A DNA stretch of 30,200 bases. Origin: a virus (Duplodnaviria > Caudoviricetes). The notes under the pieces are model-generated. The model worked only from the letters and a program-made list of their open reading frames with translations. It did no database searches and was not told the DNA's origin. How positions within the stretch are numbered: the stretch's first letter is position 1; each line of letters begins with the position of its first letter. The DNA is taken from IMG/VR virus record IMGVR_UViG_3300048578_000182, positions 1 through 30,200 of that record; one strand, written 5' to 3'. Below are positions 17,376-27,300 of the stretch, piece by piece. Position numbers and translations under genes: made by a program.

Positions 17376-19043
17376 TTAACTCCAACCTACACCGCCAATA
17401 ATGCCTGTAGGTTCTGTATAATAGAAGTTACATCCGACAAATAAAGTGTCAAAAGCATCGGTTATATGAGTCTTAATTTCATCAGGGTTTTCAGGAGTGT
17501 CTAATGTTTTCTCTACTGACTTATCTTTTTCAAAACCATTTCGACCTTGACGAACGCCAGTTTGCTCAAGTGCGATCTTGAGATATTCATTATTCATTAA
17601 ATTGAATTGTGGAAACAAATATTGTGGATCTCCTTTCAATGCACTATCGATGTACATATGCTTTAAATCGTGACGGTAAGCTTGACCTATATAAGCAGGT
17701 GTAACTTTAAATTTTCGTTTTTCTAATTCTTCGATAATGATATCAGCATAGCTTTTATCTGAGATCGCATTCGTCCACACAAAAGTGTGATCGTAATAAA
17801 ATACTACTTCTCTCTTTAACCACGCCGAATAATAGTTACAAAACTTCTCAACCAGTTCCGGCAGTTTGTCTGGAGTTTTGACAAACATACTATTGATCGT
17901 TTTGAGTACTTTTTTACTTTGATCTACCTGACCAATTACAAGTGAGTTAATTGCTGAGTTGGCATCGAAGGCAATGTGTAATGGTTGATTAAAATCAAAG
18001 TCACCATCTTTTGCACAACCTACTTTTGAAGCTTTTGGAAAATCATATCCAATATTGCTAAAAGCACCATTGTCGGCAGGAATATAAAAATGAGCCGACT
18101 CCTCGAGTGCTGAATAGAAACCATTTTGAATCTTACGAAGTCGTTCATTTAGAATTGCAGTACGGAATATAAGAGGCGGTAAATCACGTTTCATTTGCGC
18201 GATAAATTCTTCGCCTACAATTTCGAGGTTATCAAATATATCATACTCAGCATAATGTACGGTGTATTCAAATTTTGTCTCACCTTCTGAAGCATTTGTT
18301 TTTGGTTGCCATTTACGATACCATGCAAGCTCCTGGCTTAACTCTTTTATTATACGATTAACGTAATCAGTCTTTTCAGGCATCGCTTTATACTGCAGCA
18401 GCTCGCGATAGGTATCCCGGATCATATCAATATGATCGGGTTGCATTTCTTTGTCTTTATCCAATATCCAGTATCCCATTTTAGAGGTTGGCATATCGGT
18501 CGAATAAAGAACGGCGTGATGCCAAGGACAATCATCAAAGTACTGACGGTTTCCACGGTTGGCAGGGTTTACTTCATTCTTTATTTTATCGTAGTTCAGG
18601 TACTTTGCTTCTGGTCCGATTAACCAATCTAACGACATTGAATTTGCCGACATGCTACCATCAAAAGAAAGGATGTGCATGATAGCACCATTCCAAAAAT
18701 GGATAACGTGATCCCACGAAAATGGGACAATATAAGGAAGCTTAAAATTGCGATTTAAGGGCGCACGTCGCCCAACAAAATAATGGATATCCTTTATATA
18801 GCCCCAACGCGATAAAGCGTGACAAATAGCCGGCAGTGTATTTTGTAAGGCTTTGCTGTAGGTAGGTGATATGAACGCACCGCAACTGCGAGGCATTGAC
18901 CATACCATCTGTAAAATAAACCGAGCATCTATACCTTCAGACTTACCCGTACCACGCGAACATACAAAGTATGAATCGTGTGCCGATATAGCCATCGCAT
19001 CACGTTGGGCTTTGTTAAAAAACTTAGGTACAGATTGTTGCAT
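17376..19043 (-). CDS. terL: Terminase large subunit
   Basis: Walker A SRGTGKS, Walker B variant WLIGPEAK, nuclease motifs IAFDAN and HITDAFD. Confidence 0.9.
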   Translation of the reverse strand: MQQSVPKFFNKAQRDAMAISAHDSYFVCSRGTGKSEGIDARFILQMVWSMPRSCGAFISPTYSKALQNTLPAICHALSRWGYIKDIHYFVGRRAPLNRNFKLPYIVPFSWDHVIHFWNGAIMHILSFDGSMSANSMSLDWLIGPEAKYLNYDKIKNEVNPANRGNRQYFDDCPWHHAVLYSTDMPTSKMGYWILDKDKEMQPDHIDMIRDTYRELLQYKAMPEKTDYVNRIIKELSQELAWYRKWQPKTNASEGETKFEYTVHYAEYDIFDNLEIVGEEFIAQMKRDLPPLIFRTAILNERLRKIQNGFYSALEESAHFYIPADNGAFSNIGYDFPKASKVGCAKDGDFDFNQPLHIAFDANSAINSLVIGQVDQSKKVLKTINSMFVKTPDKLPELVEKFCNYYSAWLKREVVFYYDHTFVWTNAISDKSYADIIIEELEKRKFKVTPAYIGQAYRHDLKHMYIDSALKGDPQYLFPQFNLMNNEYLKIALEQTGVRQGRNGFEKDKSVEKTLDTPENPDEIKTHITDAFDTLFVGCNFYYTEPTGIIGGVGWS

Positions 19044-19621
19044 TACTCGGTTTTTGTGTCAACTGTAAATTGACGTTTGTAAAACTCGCGCTTAGCTTTT
19101 CGCTTAGCCTCGATGTCCGGATCCGCTTTCAAATTCACAAGCGTAACATCATCGGAAGGTTCAAATGAAGGCGGTATAAACGAATCCGGATCAATGATTT
19201 CTTCTTCGGGTTTATCGAGGCGGTGAGCCTTCACAATTACAGCTGCATTACGCGCAATGGCAGATGCATCCTCGTTTTCTTCAGCTATTTTAATTCCTTT
19301 TTTACATGATTCAGTAACAAGATGAAGCATGAAGTTTCGTGCCGGCACTTGAACGTTGCCGATAAGCCGTTTGCACGTTGCTAAATCGTAATAAGCCTGA
19401 CGCTCGCCAACCGCAACAAAAGCCCCCATACACCCTGTTTTTAACATAGAGCAAAGCTCTTTATCAGGAGTAAGCGGTTCTTCAAGCATTCGGGTAATAA
19501 CAAGCCTGTATCGGATAAGAATTTGACGTTCATGAGGCGTTAAATTATCCTCAATCTCTCCCATGCCTTTAAACAGGCACATCTCAAGCTTTTCAAGTGT
19601 ATCGAATTCTTTTTTTGGCAT
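19043..19621 (-). CDS. Putative terminase small subunit
   Basis: 192 aa, coupled directly upstream of terL; helical with a RQAYYDL motif and a basic C-terminus. Confidence 0.6.
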   Translation of the reverse strand: MPKKEFDTLEKLEMCLFKGMGEIEDNLTPHERQILIRYRLVITRMLEEPLTPDKELCSMLKTGCMGAFVAVGERQAYYDLATCKRLIGNVQVPARNFMLHLVTESCKKGIKIAEENEDASAIARNAAVIVKAHRLDKPEEEIIDPDSFIPPSFEPSDDVTLVNLKADPDIEAKRKAKREFYKRQFTVDTKTE

Positions 19622-19631
19622 AGTGAGAATG

Positions 19632-19667
19632 AAAAAAGCGGGTAATGCATCTACATCACCCGCTTTT
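19632..19667 (-). terminator. Terminator-like hairpin before terS
   Basis: Minus strand AAAAGCGGGTGATG-TAGATG-CATTACCCGCTTTTTT. Confidence 0.75.
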
Positions 19668-19669
19668 AA

Positions 19670-20419
19670 TTATTTGACTTGTTTTTCTAACTCAGCGAGC
19701 TCATCTGAGTAAGCTTTCAGTTTATTTTCGTTTCTCGTCTTTATATTCGGACGATCATTGGTTTCAATAGCCTTGCGCGTTCGTGCTATGTTCTCATTTA
19801 AGCGTGTAATGCGTTTGGCTATATCCAATCCTTTTTTTACAGGATCATCAGTAGGTTCGTCATCCTGATCATCATCGAGTATTAACTCGTCTCGCTGTTC
19901 AGCCCAAGCATCAATTGTCTCCCAACATTTTGCACGCTCATCATCTAAAGAGACGAGTAATGTAGTTGCTTCTTGAGCTTTGTCTGCAGGTAGATTTTCA
20001 TCTGATAAATCAGCATGCAACTTTGCCATCAGTGGTGTAATCTCTTTGGCTCGAGTGAAAAATGGTTTTAAATAGTCAGGGAGATTAGCTTGAGAGACTG
20101 AATCTAATTTCAGAATCTTCACGCCTTTTCCGGACTCCTTTTTTCCTTCTTCAGCTATTAAGGATTTTGATTCTACAGCCTTAGGCTCGTCTAATTCTTC
20201 AATCTCTACATGAGTGCGCAAATCGGCAAACTCAATTTGTAACCTGTTTTTTAAGATGTCATAATGCATCTCACCCGGTTTGCTTTCTTCTATCGTTTTG
20301 AAAAATGGAAGCGTTGCGTGCTTTGGCGTAACAAGCTCAAGCAAAGCAATGCCATCGGCATAATCTCCATTTGAATCGAGCCAAGTCTTTATGTTTTGAA
20401 ATAATGTTTGTTTTTTCAT
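19670..20419 (-). CDS. Hypothetical acidic coiled-coil phage protein
   Basis: 249-aa ORF in operon orientation; WL...DYADG..L N-terminus. Confidence 0.7.
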   Translation of the reverse strand: MKKQTLFQNIKTWLDSNGDYADGIALLELVTPKHATLPFFKTIEESKPGEMHYDILKNRLQIEFADLRTHVEIEELDEPKAVESKSLIAEEGKKESGKGVKILKLDSVSQANLPDYLKPFFTRAKEITPLMAKLHADLSDENLPADKAQEATTLLVSLDDERAKCWETIDAWAEQRDELILDDDQDDEPTDDPVKKGLDIAKRITRLNENIARTRKAIETNDRPNIKTRNENKLKAYSDELAELEKQVK

Positions 20420-20432
20420 CTGTTGTGATTAA

Positions 20433-20456
20433 ATAAGCCCATTTTACTGGGCTTAT
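20433..20456 (-). terminator. Intergenic hairpin
   Basis: ATAAGCCCA-TTTTAC-TGGGCTTAT. Confidence 0.5.
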
Positions 20457-20458
20457 AG

Positions 20459-21151
20459 TTAAGCAACACTTATACCTGTACCGCCATTTTTAATGGCAAG
20501 AATATCAAGCTTTGACGTTCCTGTTAATACTATTGCCGGAACAAACGAGTCGGTAACAAACTCAAACTTATATCCGCGACGGTCTTTCGGTGCTTTGCCA
20601 TAATCACCCGAAGCCGAAATGGTAGCAGGTAAACCTTCTTGACCAATCATTAACTGAGTACCATCCGATGTTTCAAGAATTATACGACCGGCTCTGTTGT
20701 TAAGGTAACGAGCTAAAGCCATGACAGTTGTTCTTGCCGCTGCCGGATGAAACCATTCGCCTTTTTGATTAAATGATTTACCATCGATCTCGCCTTGTGT
20801 ACCTGCTTTATAATCTACCTCGCCGGGCGTTGAATAACAATAAATAGGTAATGTAGCTGCTTTAAATTCAAACTCACCAACACCTTCAACTAAGCCGGTA
20901 AAAGCTGCAGGAGCGTCCGAAAGAGTTGGTTCTTTAAGTATTATTTCATCCGGGATGAATACCACGAAGTTTTTAAAACCTCCCATGTTTTCTTCACCTT
21001 CCATCCCTGTTATAACAGGAGGTACAATAGCCGCTGCACTAATGATATTAACCAAAGTGCCGGCAGTGGGTTCAAGGAAGTATATCGCACTAATAATGGT
21101 CACGACAAGCAGTGTAAACAAAAACTGCAAAATATTGTAACTTCTTTTCAT
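20459..21151 (-). CDS. Probable major tail (tube) protein with a hydrophobic N-terminal extension (start revised to MKRSYN)
   Basis: Follows the capsid gene; ENMGG, QGEIDGKSF, LNN...DG...IG....PA and DRRG..FEF motifs. Confidence 0.6.
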   Translation of the reverse strand: MKRSYNILQFLFTLLVVTIISAIYFLEPTAGTLVNIISAAAIVPPVITGMEGEENMGGFKNFVVFIPDEIILKEPTLSDAPAAFTGLVEGVGEFEFKAATLPIYCYSTPGEVDYKAGTQGEIDGKSFNQKGEWFHPAAARTTVMALARYLNNRAGRIILETSDGTQLMIGQEGLPATISASGDYGKAPKDRRGYKFEFVTDSFVPAIVLTGTSKLDILAIKNGGTGISVA

Positions 21152-21171
21152 TGTAATAGTTATAAGAAATT

Positions 21172-21200
21172 GATAAAGGTTCCGGCATTGCACCGGAACC
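21172..21200 (-). terminator. Hairpin after the major capsid gene
   Basis: GGTTCCGG-7nt-CCGGAACC followed by a short T-run on the minus strand. Confidence 0.6.
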
Positions 21201-21206
21201 AAATTT

Positions 21207-22244
21207 TTAATAATCTCCAGCCATATCTGTTACAGAGGCCAGAGGTCTGTCGTTACAGATGAACATCTTAGGATGATTGGTTTTCCAACGAACATCCCAA
21301 GCTGCTTGAATCCAGAATTGAACCTCATTAGGGTCTTTAGAAATTTGGCGAACTTGAACAAATTGAGCCGAGGCTTTAGTATTTACACCAAGGTCAAGTT
21401 GACCCGGTTTAACTACAAAGCTGAAATCGCCAATACCGAATGTTGGTTCGGTGATACGGTTTAACAATGGGAATTGAGCGTCATCTTTCAACGCTTCCAT
21501 TACCTGAGCCGAAGTAGGATCACTAAATGCTTTTACCTTGTTTTTGTAAGCATTGCGAATGTTATTCCAAGGTGTTGATCCGATGTACCAGTTCGCAACA
21601 CCCGATCTAAGAATCGGATTTGCAGAAGCCAACAATGCTACAGCTTTGTCATAAGCAGATGTGTCAGTAGCATCTACAGGAGCTGTAAACGCCCCAGTAT
21701 TAAACATGTTTTTCTTTGCTGTTGACACCTCGCCAGCTGTAATGTATGCAAGCAATTTGGTGTAAAAACCATCAAATGCTTTTGATGGAGTATTTCCTTC
21801 AGGATCATAAGCATAGGTAAAGACACCCAGTGCAACATCCTCGTTGTATGAAGCAACTACACTTTCGATAATTTGACGTTCTAACGGATGCTTTTTAGCA
21901 ACATTATCAACGGGTTCGCCTGCATTTGATAATACGTTCTTATTCTTATAGTTAAGAATATTATCGTTTACTTCAGCAAATGTCATTACTGGTTTTAACG
22001 AACGTTCAACTAATTTGCCAACTTCAGAGCTGCTACGATCCGGCATTCCAATTTTGTAAGGGCGCAAAATACCGCCTTTACGTTGATAGGTTGTCTCAAC
22101 ATCCTCATTAGCAACTTCAAGAAAATTAAGCCCGTATTTTTGAGCGATATCCATACCTGCAGCTACAGGCAGAGTGCGAAGCTGACTGTTGTAGGTTTTG
22201 GCGGCGCGGTTAAGCGCTTCAATGTCAATGATTGGTGTCAACAT
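21207..22244 (-). CDS. Major capsid protein
   Basis: 345 aa immediately downstream of the protease/scaffold; FDGF motif; followed by a hairpin. Confidence 0.75.
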   Translation of the reverse strand: MLTPIIDIEALNRAAKTYNSQLRTLPVAAGMDIAQKYGLNFLEVANEDVETTYQRKGGILRPYKIGMPDRSSSEVGKLVERSLKPVMTFAEVNDNILNYKNKNVLSNAGEPVDNVAKKHPLERQIIESVVASYNEDVALGVFTYAYDPEGNTPSKAFDGFYTKLLAYITAGEVSTAKKNMFNTGAFTAPVDATDTSAYDKAVALLASANPILRSGVANWYIGSTPWNNIRNAYKNKVKAFSDPTSAQVMEALKDDAQFPLLNRITEPTFGIGDFSFVVKPGQLDLGVNTKASAQFVQVRQISKDPNEVQFWIQAAWDVRWKTNHPKMFICNDRPLASVTDMAGDY

Positions 22245-22245
22245 A

Positions 22246-23175
22246 TTACTTTGTTTTATAATAATTTAAAATGGCTAAGGTGTCATCCTTATGAGCTTCT
22301 AAGAACTTAAGTTCTTCTGTTACTTCATCATCAGAAGTTTGCTCACCGCCTTCAGGCTTAATTTGAGAACCATCATCAGCTGTTCCGTTTTGTAGGTTCT
22401 TTACTTGCTCGGTAAGCTGAGTTATTGTATTGTCACGTTCGGTAACAGTACCTTTGAGCGTTGTTATCTCGCCATCCTTGGTCGATAGCTGAGTAGAGAG
22501 TTCGGTAACTTTACTTTCGGCTGCTTGTTTGTCATCCGATAAGGTTTTGACTTCAGCATTTAAGCGAGTCATTTCTTCGTGAATTTTGGTAAAATCTTCT
22601 GATTTCAATTCGGTGTCAGCTTTGTAGCCTAAAAGCGAAATGAAAGAAGTCCAAACCGATAGTAACTTCATAGAATTATTTGATTTGATTGATAATTTAG
22701 GAATGAGCGATTGATGTTGATTAGCAGAAAGACACACTGCATTTTCGTTGTACAAGCGAACAGCATTACCGTTAGCCGGTATGTCAACTAACGAAGCTTC
22801 GAGTACTTCAGCTTTTAAAACAGTAGCCGATGATTGTCCCGGAAGCAAGTCCGCAGTTTCTTCGCTTAATAAAAGAGGTTTGAATCCAATAGAAGCAGCT
22901 CTTAATGTTCCGGCATCGTACTTAGCCTTAAGCGTTCTGCTTAGTTCGTCTGCTTCATCGAATACAGGAATAGCGGAAAGTTCATCGCCAATGATTTGAA
23001 TATCCTCCCAATGTCCAATTGGAATACTGGTTATCCAGTACCCATCATCACGTTGATGCATCCAGAGCATCACAGGGTTTTTCTTAAAAGCTTCAATGTC
23101 TAAGCCCGAGGTTATTACCCGAAAGCCGTATCTATTGAGCGATGAGTCTGAGAGAATTACTCTTTTTTGCGCCAT
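22246..23175 (-). CDS. Prohead protease (HK97-type) fused to a coiled-coil scaffold (start revised to MAQKRV)
   Basis: NPVMLWMH, PIGHW, AASIGF and EASLVDIPAN motifs; C-terminal coiled coil. The track's longer start would contain the promoter. Confidence 0.88.
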   Translation of the reverse strand: MAQKRVILSDSSLNRYGFRVITSGLDIEAFKKNPVMLWMHQRDDGYWITSIPIGHWEDIQIIGDELSAIPVFDEADELSRTLKAKYDAGTLRAASIGFKPLLLSEETADLLPGQSSATVLKAEVLEASLVDIPANGNAVRLYNENAVCLSANQHQSLIPKLSIKSNNSMKLLSVWTSFISLLGYKADTELKSEDFTKIHEEMTRLNAEVKTLSDDKQAAESKVTELSTQLSTKDGEITTLKGTVTERDNTITQLTEQVKNLQNGTADDGSQIKPEGGEQTSDDEVTEELKFLEAHKDDTLAILNYYKTK

Positions 23176-23192
23176 CTCGTTGTCTTTTGAAA

Positions 23193-23228
23193 CAAAAAAA
23201 CAACGATTAAAAGCGCGCTCAAAGGACT
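23193..23228 (-). promoter_or_regulatory. Late promoter motif, head unit
   Basis: AGTCC-TTTGAGCGCGCTTTTAATCGTTG(23)-TTTTTTTG, 17 nt before ATG 23175. Confidence 0.65.
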
Positions 23229-23239
23229 GATTTTGAAAC

Positions 23240-23272
23240 AAAAAAGCCCGAAGTTTATCGCTTCGAGCTTTC
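23240..23272 (-). terminator. Rho-independent terminator
   Basis: Minus strand AAAGCTCGAAG-CGATAAA-CTTCGGGCTTTTT. Confidence 0.75.
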
Positions 23273-23274
23273 GT

Positions 23275-23718
23275 TTAGTTCTTTATTGTTAGTTGCTTAT
23301 GCAACTGTTCACCGGTTAAGGTCAACAACCAACCTTTCCAGTCCGGAGCATTTGAAGGATCGATCTCCTGACAAGTGCCGGTTAACGGATTGTCGAGTGT
23401 GCCTAATATCTTTTCTTCACCTGTTGCCATCTTGTATTTAATAAGTACACCGCAATATGAAAACCGCCACCAATTTTCATCAGCTGTTAGAGCCTTGTTG
23501 TAAGGCACATATAGTTTTGCAGAAAGCTTGTATATAGTACCGTTGCTATTCGTCTCAGGTTCACATATAATTTCGCACTTCTTTAAGCTCACCGGTATCT
23601 CAATAAAATAAGAGCCTTGTTTTAAAGCAAAAGTTACAACGCCTTTCCACGCGGCAAAGTATGAGATATCATCAACGAAACAATACCACAGCTTTGTTAT
23701 ACTTCCAATATTTTCCAT
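23275..23718 (-). CDS. Hypothetical phage protein (possibly tail-tube-like fold)
   Basis: 147 aa; starts MENIG and has G...LG...P, loosely echoing the tail tube gene. Confidence 0.65.
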   Translation of the reverse strand: MENIGSITKLWYCFVDDISYFAAWKGVVTFALKQGSYFIEIPVSLKKCEIICEPETNSNGTIYKLSAKLYVPYNKALTADENWWRFSYCGVLIKYKMATGEEKILGTLDNPLTGTCQEIDPSNAPDWKGWLLTLTGEQLHKQLTIKN

Positions 23719-23769
23719 ATTCTATCTGTTTTTTTCAATGGACAGTATCTCGACCACTTTTATTTTTTT

Positions 23770-24270
23770 TTATTCAAAAAGACAAACACTCTTTTTTTCT
23801 TTCCACGAAGTGTAAAGTGGACTTCGTTGCCAACTTTTTTGCAACGTCTCAAACTTGATACTATCGGCACTTATGTTGTAATCGTTCATAAACATTCTTA
23901 TGGCATCAATCTGCGTGCATCGACCTGCCGAAATTGCGCCAAAAACATAATTATGAAATACATCTTTGAATAAACTATTAAGATGTGAACAGATAGCTTG
24001 CTGACCTTTCTCACTTAGATAATGACGGTATTCGCGTCGAAACTCACGTGTATAAAGAATTGCAATTCTAAGATAAGTATCGTGATTAGCAGGTACCGGA
24101 ATTACATCTACCGGCACGCACTCTAAGTTAGCTTTAACAACCTTCCAAAGAACATCGTGCTTAGTTGGGCGCAGTATATCACTACCTTTATTTACACACA
24201 AATAAAACTCTCGAAGAACCGGCTCAACCTGCACATACGTAAAGAACTCACTATTGGTGTTTTTCATCAT
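23770..24270 (-). CDS. Hypothetical protein, candidate late-gene transcriptional regulator
   Basis: 166 aa with a C-terminal HTH-like segment (QIDAIRMFMNDYNISADSIKFETLQKSWQR) and its own promoter lacking the TGTCC motif. Confidence 0.6.
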   Translation of the reverse strand: MMKNTNSEFFTYVQVEPVLREFYLCVNKGSDILRPTKHDVLWKVVKANLECVPVDVIPVPANHDTYLRIAILYTREFRREYRHYLSEKGQQAICSHLNSLFKDVFHNYVFGAISAGRCTQIDAIRMFMNDYNISADSIKFETLQKSWQRSPLYTSWKEKKSVCLFE

Positions 24271-24285
24271 TTAAATGGGTTTTCG

Positions 24286-24329
24286 CGAAAGTAATAATTA
24301 TCGGATAGTGTTATAATAATTATAACACT
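24286..24329 (-). promoter_or_regulatory. Promoter (-7 TACTTTCG) with a perfect palindromic operator
   Basis: -7-like element at 24286-24293; AGTGTTATAA-TAA-TTATAACACT at 24307-24329. Confidence 0.6.
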
Positions 24330-27300
24330 TATTTTCGATTTGTGTTGCTTAATATATTATTCATCTTAGCATCAGCGTCCTTTATATCTTGCCAAACGAC
24401 ATATGCCTTTATTTGAGGCAATATGGCGTTTAGGTTACTGATAGCTTCTGTATTCAATGCCAGGATAGCTGCAATACTGGAATCAGATATTGAAGTATTT
24501 TTCCCGGCACTTTCTTTTGACATAGAGGGATAACGCCCACCTGCATATGCAGGAACCCTCATGGCATCAATAGCCTTTAAAATACCGGGTGCATTCATGC
24601 GTATATTGGTAAGTGTCCGACCATCAATTATTGCTTCGTCACCACGCTCTCCAACCAACACCGGGCGCGTAACAATGCCGGTACTTGCCGCTCCAACATA
24701 AGGAACATCATTGTAGTGAGCGCCATCAGTTTCGGCTATAACATCATATTTACCATCGGCAAAAGCAGCTACAACAGAACGTCTACTTGAAGAACCACTT
24801 GAGCCACTTGTGTCAAGCTGTTGATTTTTTATCTTGTTTCGTTCAGATACAATTGAAGAAATTTGAAAAGCAGATGTTACTCCAATTAAAGCCATAGCAG
24901 CAATGGCTGCAGGTAATGGAAGATCGGCATAAGCGCGCATCATCCCTACAGCTGTAGCAGCAACTACTTGGCTAATTTGCATAGCCATTGTCGCGTCGGC
25001 ATATTTCTTTTCTAAATCAAGTTTTTTCTGCTGATATTTTTTTTCAATTTCTTCCCGTTTTGCAGAATTATTACCAGCGGCAGCTAGCTCTTTTTGTTCA
25101 TTTGACTCTATGCGAGAGGACGCGGCATTCTTCATTGCCGAAATGGCATCTGAAGCACGTTGCTCCCAAATCATATTGGCTTCTATTTTATCTGCTCGTT
25201 TGCGCCATATATCTTTTTCTTTTTCACTTTGACTCTTAGAATAGTCATCATCTAGCTTCTTTTTTAGCTTTAGAAATTCTTCTGTAGTAAGAAGCTTCAG
25301 TTTATATAAATCCTTATATTTTTGTAACTCTTTATCATATATCTGCTTATCAGTTAATAAGCCAAATTGTTCTTGTAATTCTGCTTTTCGCTTTTGAAAT
25401 TCTTCAAGTTCTTTCTTTTCTTCTTCCTGTTTCTTCTTTCGCTGTTCTTTTCTTTTATCATCAATTTCCTTTTCTTTCGCTGCATAGGCAGAATTGAAAT
25501 CGCTGTTGAGTTGTTTTATCGCATCATCCGCTTCTTTAGCCGTTAATATTTTCTTAGCATAAGCATCGCGAACAGATTTTAATTCGTCATCATGCGTTTT
25601 GCGCATGTTCTGAAGCTCTTTGTCATCAGCATCTAATTCAGAAAGCAGATAATCATCGTGAAGCTTCTTTAATGATTTAAAAAGGTCTTCTCTATTCTTC
25701 TTAATTTCAGCAGCTTTCTTTTTATCTTCTTCGTCCTTTGTCGGAGTATCAGGCGAAGCAACGATATTGCTATCTTCTGCTTTTTGTTTTTTGCTTTTAT
25801 TTTTCTCAATTACTTTTAAGTTTTCCTGATATTTAGCCCATTCACCCATTCGCTTTTCATAACCTCGTTTAAACGCATCACCAACTTCAGACCCCCAATT
25901 GGTCATTCCTTTTTTAAGATTATCCATCCCTCTTTTGATAATCTTAGGATCAGCAGTGAAAATGCCTGCAAATAGCTGTGAAAGCCCGGCGGCAATATCC
26001 CACATTTTTTGTGCAAAGGCTTTTATAACTTCCCACACACCGGCAGTAGCAGCCTGTACTTTAATAGACGAATTATACCATTGGATAAATGCACCAACGA
26101 GTAAAAGTATTGCTGCAGTAATAGCTGCTAGTGGATTAAGTTTTTGAACCGCCTGTAATGCAATCTCAGCATATTTCTGTCTTTCAGTCCAAATAACTCT
26201 TAACTTTTGAGCCGCTAGTAAGGCATATTCTTTAATAGTAGTTGCAGAAATAATAAGTGAATAAGCAGCAATAGCAGCTGTTAAAGAAATTAGTAACGGT
26301 AAATTTTCACGGATAAGGCGAGGTAAGCTAACTAAGAAATCAAGTGCTCCTAAACCTGCTTTTGTCATACTATGTAAAATAGGAATAAGCCCCTCTCCAA
26401 TAGTACGTTTAAGATTTTCAATGTGATTTTTTTGTTGCGCGATCTCAGCATTAGCCGTCTGTGTTTTTATTTTAGCCTGATCATAAGCAGAAGTTGTACC
26501 TGTTACCGCTTTAGTTAATTCATCAACACGACCACGATTATCAATTAATAATTTAGAAGCAACATAGTTTTCAACCCCGAATTGCTTAACCATTTCAGAT
26601 GCTGTAAGGTTCTTCTTAGCCAAGTTATCCAACGCCGTTTGTAAGCCAACAATAGCCGGATTGGTATCTTTTGCGCCTGCCTGAAGTTTAAGTAAAAAGT
26701 TACGAATTCCGGTACCGGCTTCTTCACCTTTTACTCCCTTTTCTCCAAGTGTTTCAACCATACCGGTGAGTTGTTCTACCGATACTTTTGCTGATTTTGC
26801 AGCTGTACCAGACCGTAATATAGATGCTGTTAAATCAGGTATTTCGGCAGCTCCTTCTTTAGCACCGGCAGCAAGTACATTAACATATTTACCAGCCTCA
26901 CTTGCAGGCGCGTTAAACTGGTTCATCGCATTAGCCAAAGAAGTAACCGCTTCTTCAGTTTCCATGCCTGCAGCTTCCTTGAGTATAAGAGCCTGTTTTG
27001 TTACCTCATTTAACGCCTCTTTGTTTTTAAGCAACTCAGGTTTTGCACCACCCATAAGCGAGTAAGCACGTAGAATCTCCTGAGCACTAGAGGTAATCTT
27101 AATACCACTTTTATCGGTTGTTTCGCTTAATTTTTTAGCCTGTTCTCCTAACCAATCTAAGTCTTTACCTGCCAATCCGGTTAATGCTGAAAGATCGGCA
27201 AGCCCTTGTTGAAAATTACGTGCCGGTTCAGCAAAAGATTCGGCAGCATATGTTAGACCTGTAATAGCAGTAGCTCCAACAGCAACTGTGGCGGCTGTTT

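Noticed and set aside
23757-23784. Sixth copy of the late promoter
   Set aside because: TGTCTTTTT is present, but the 8-mer at the required spacing (TGGTCGAG) does not resemble a -7 box.
24988-27065. Short ORFs within the tape measure gene (and similar ones in terL, capsid, protease and integrase)
   Set aside because: They are antisense or alternative-frame by-products of long genes, with no independent signals.
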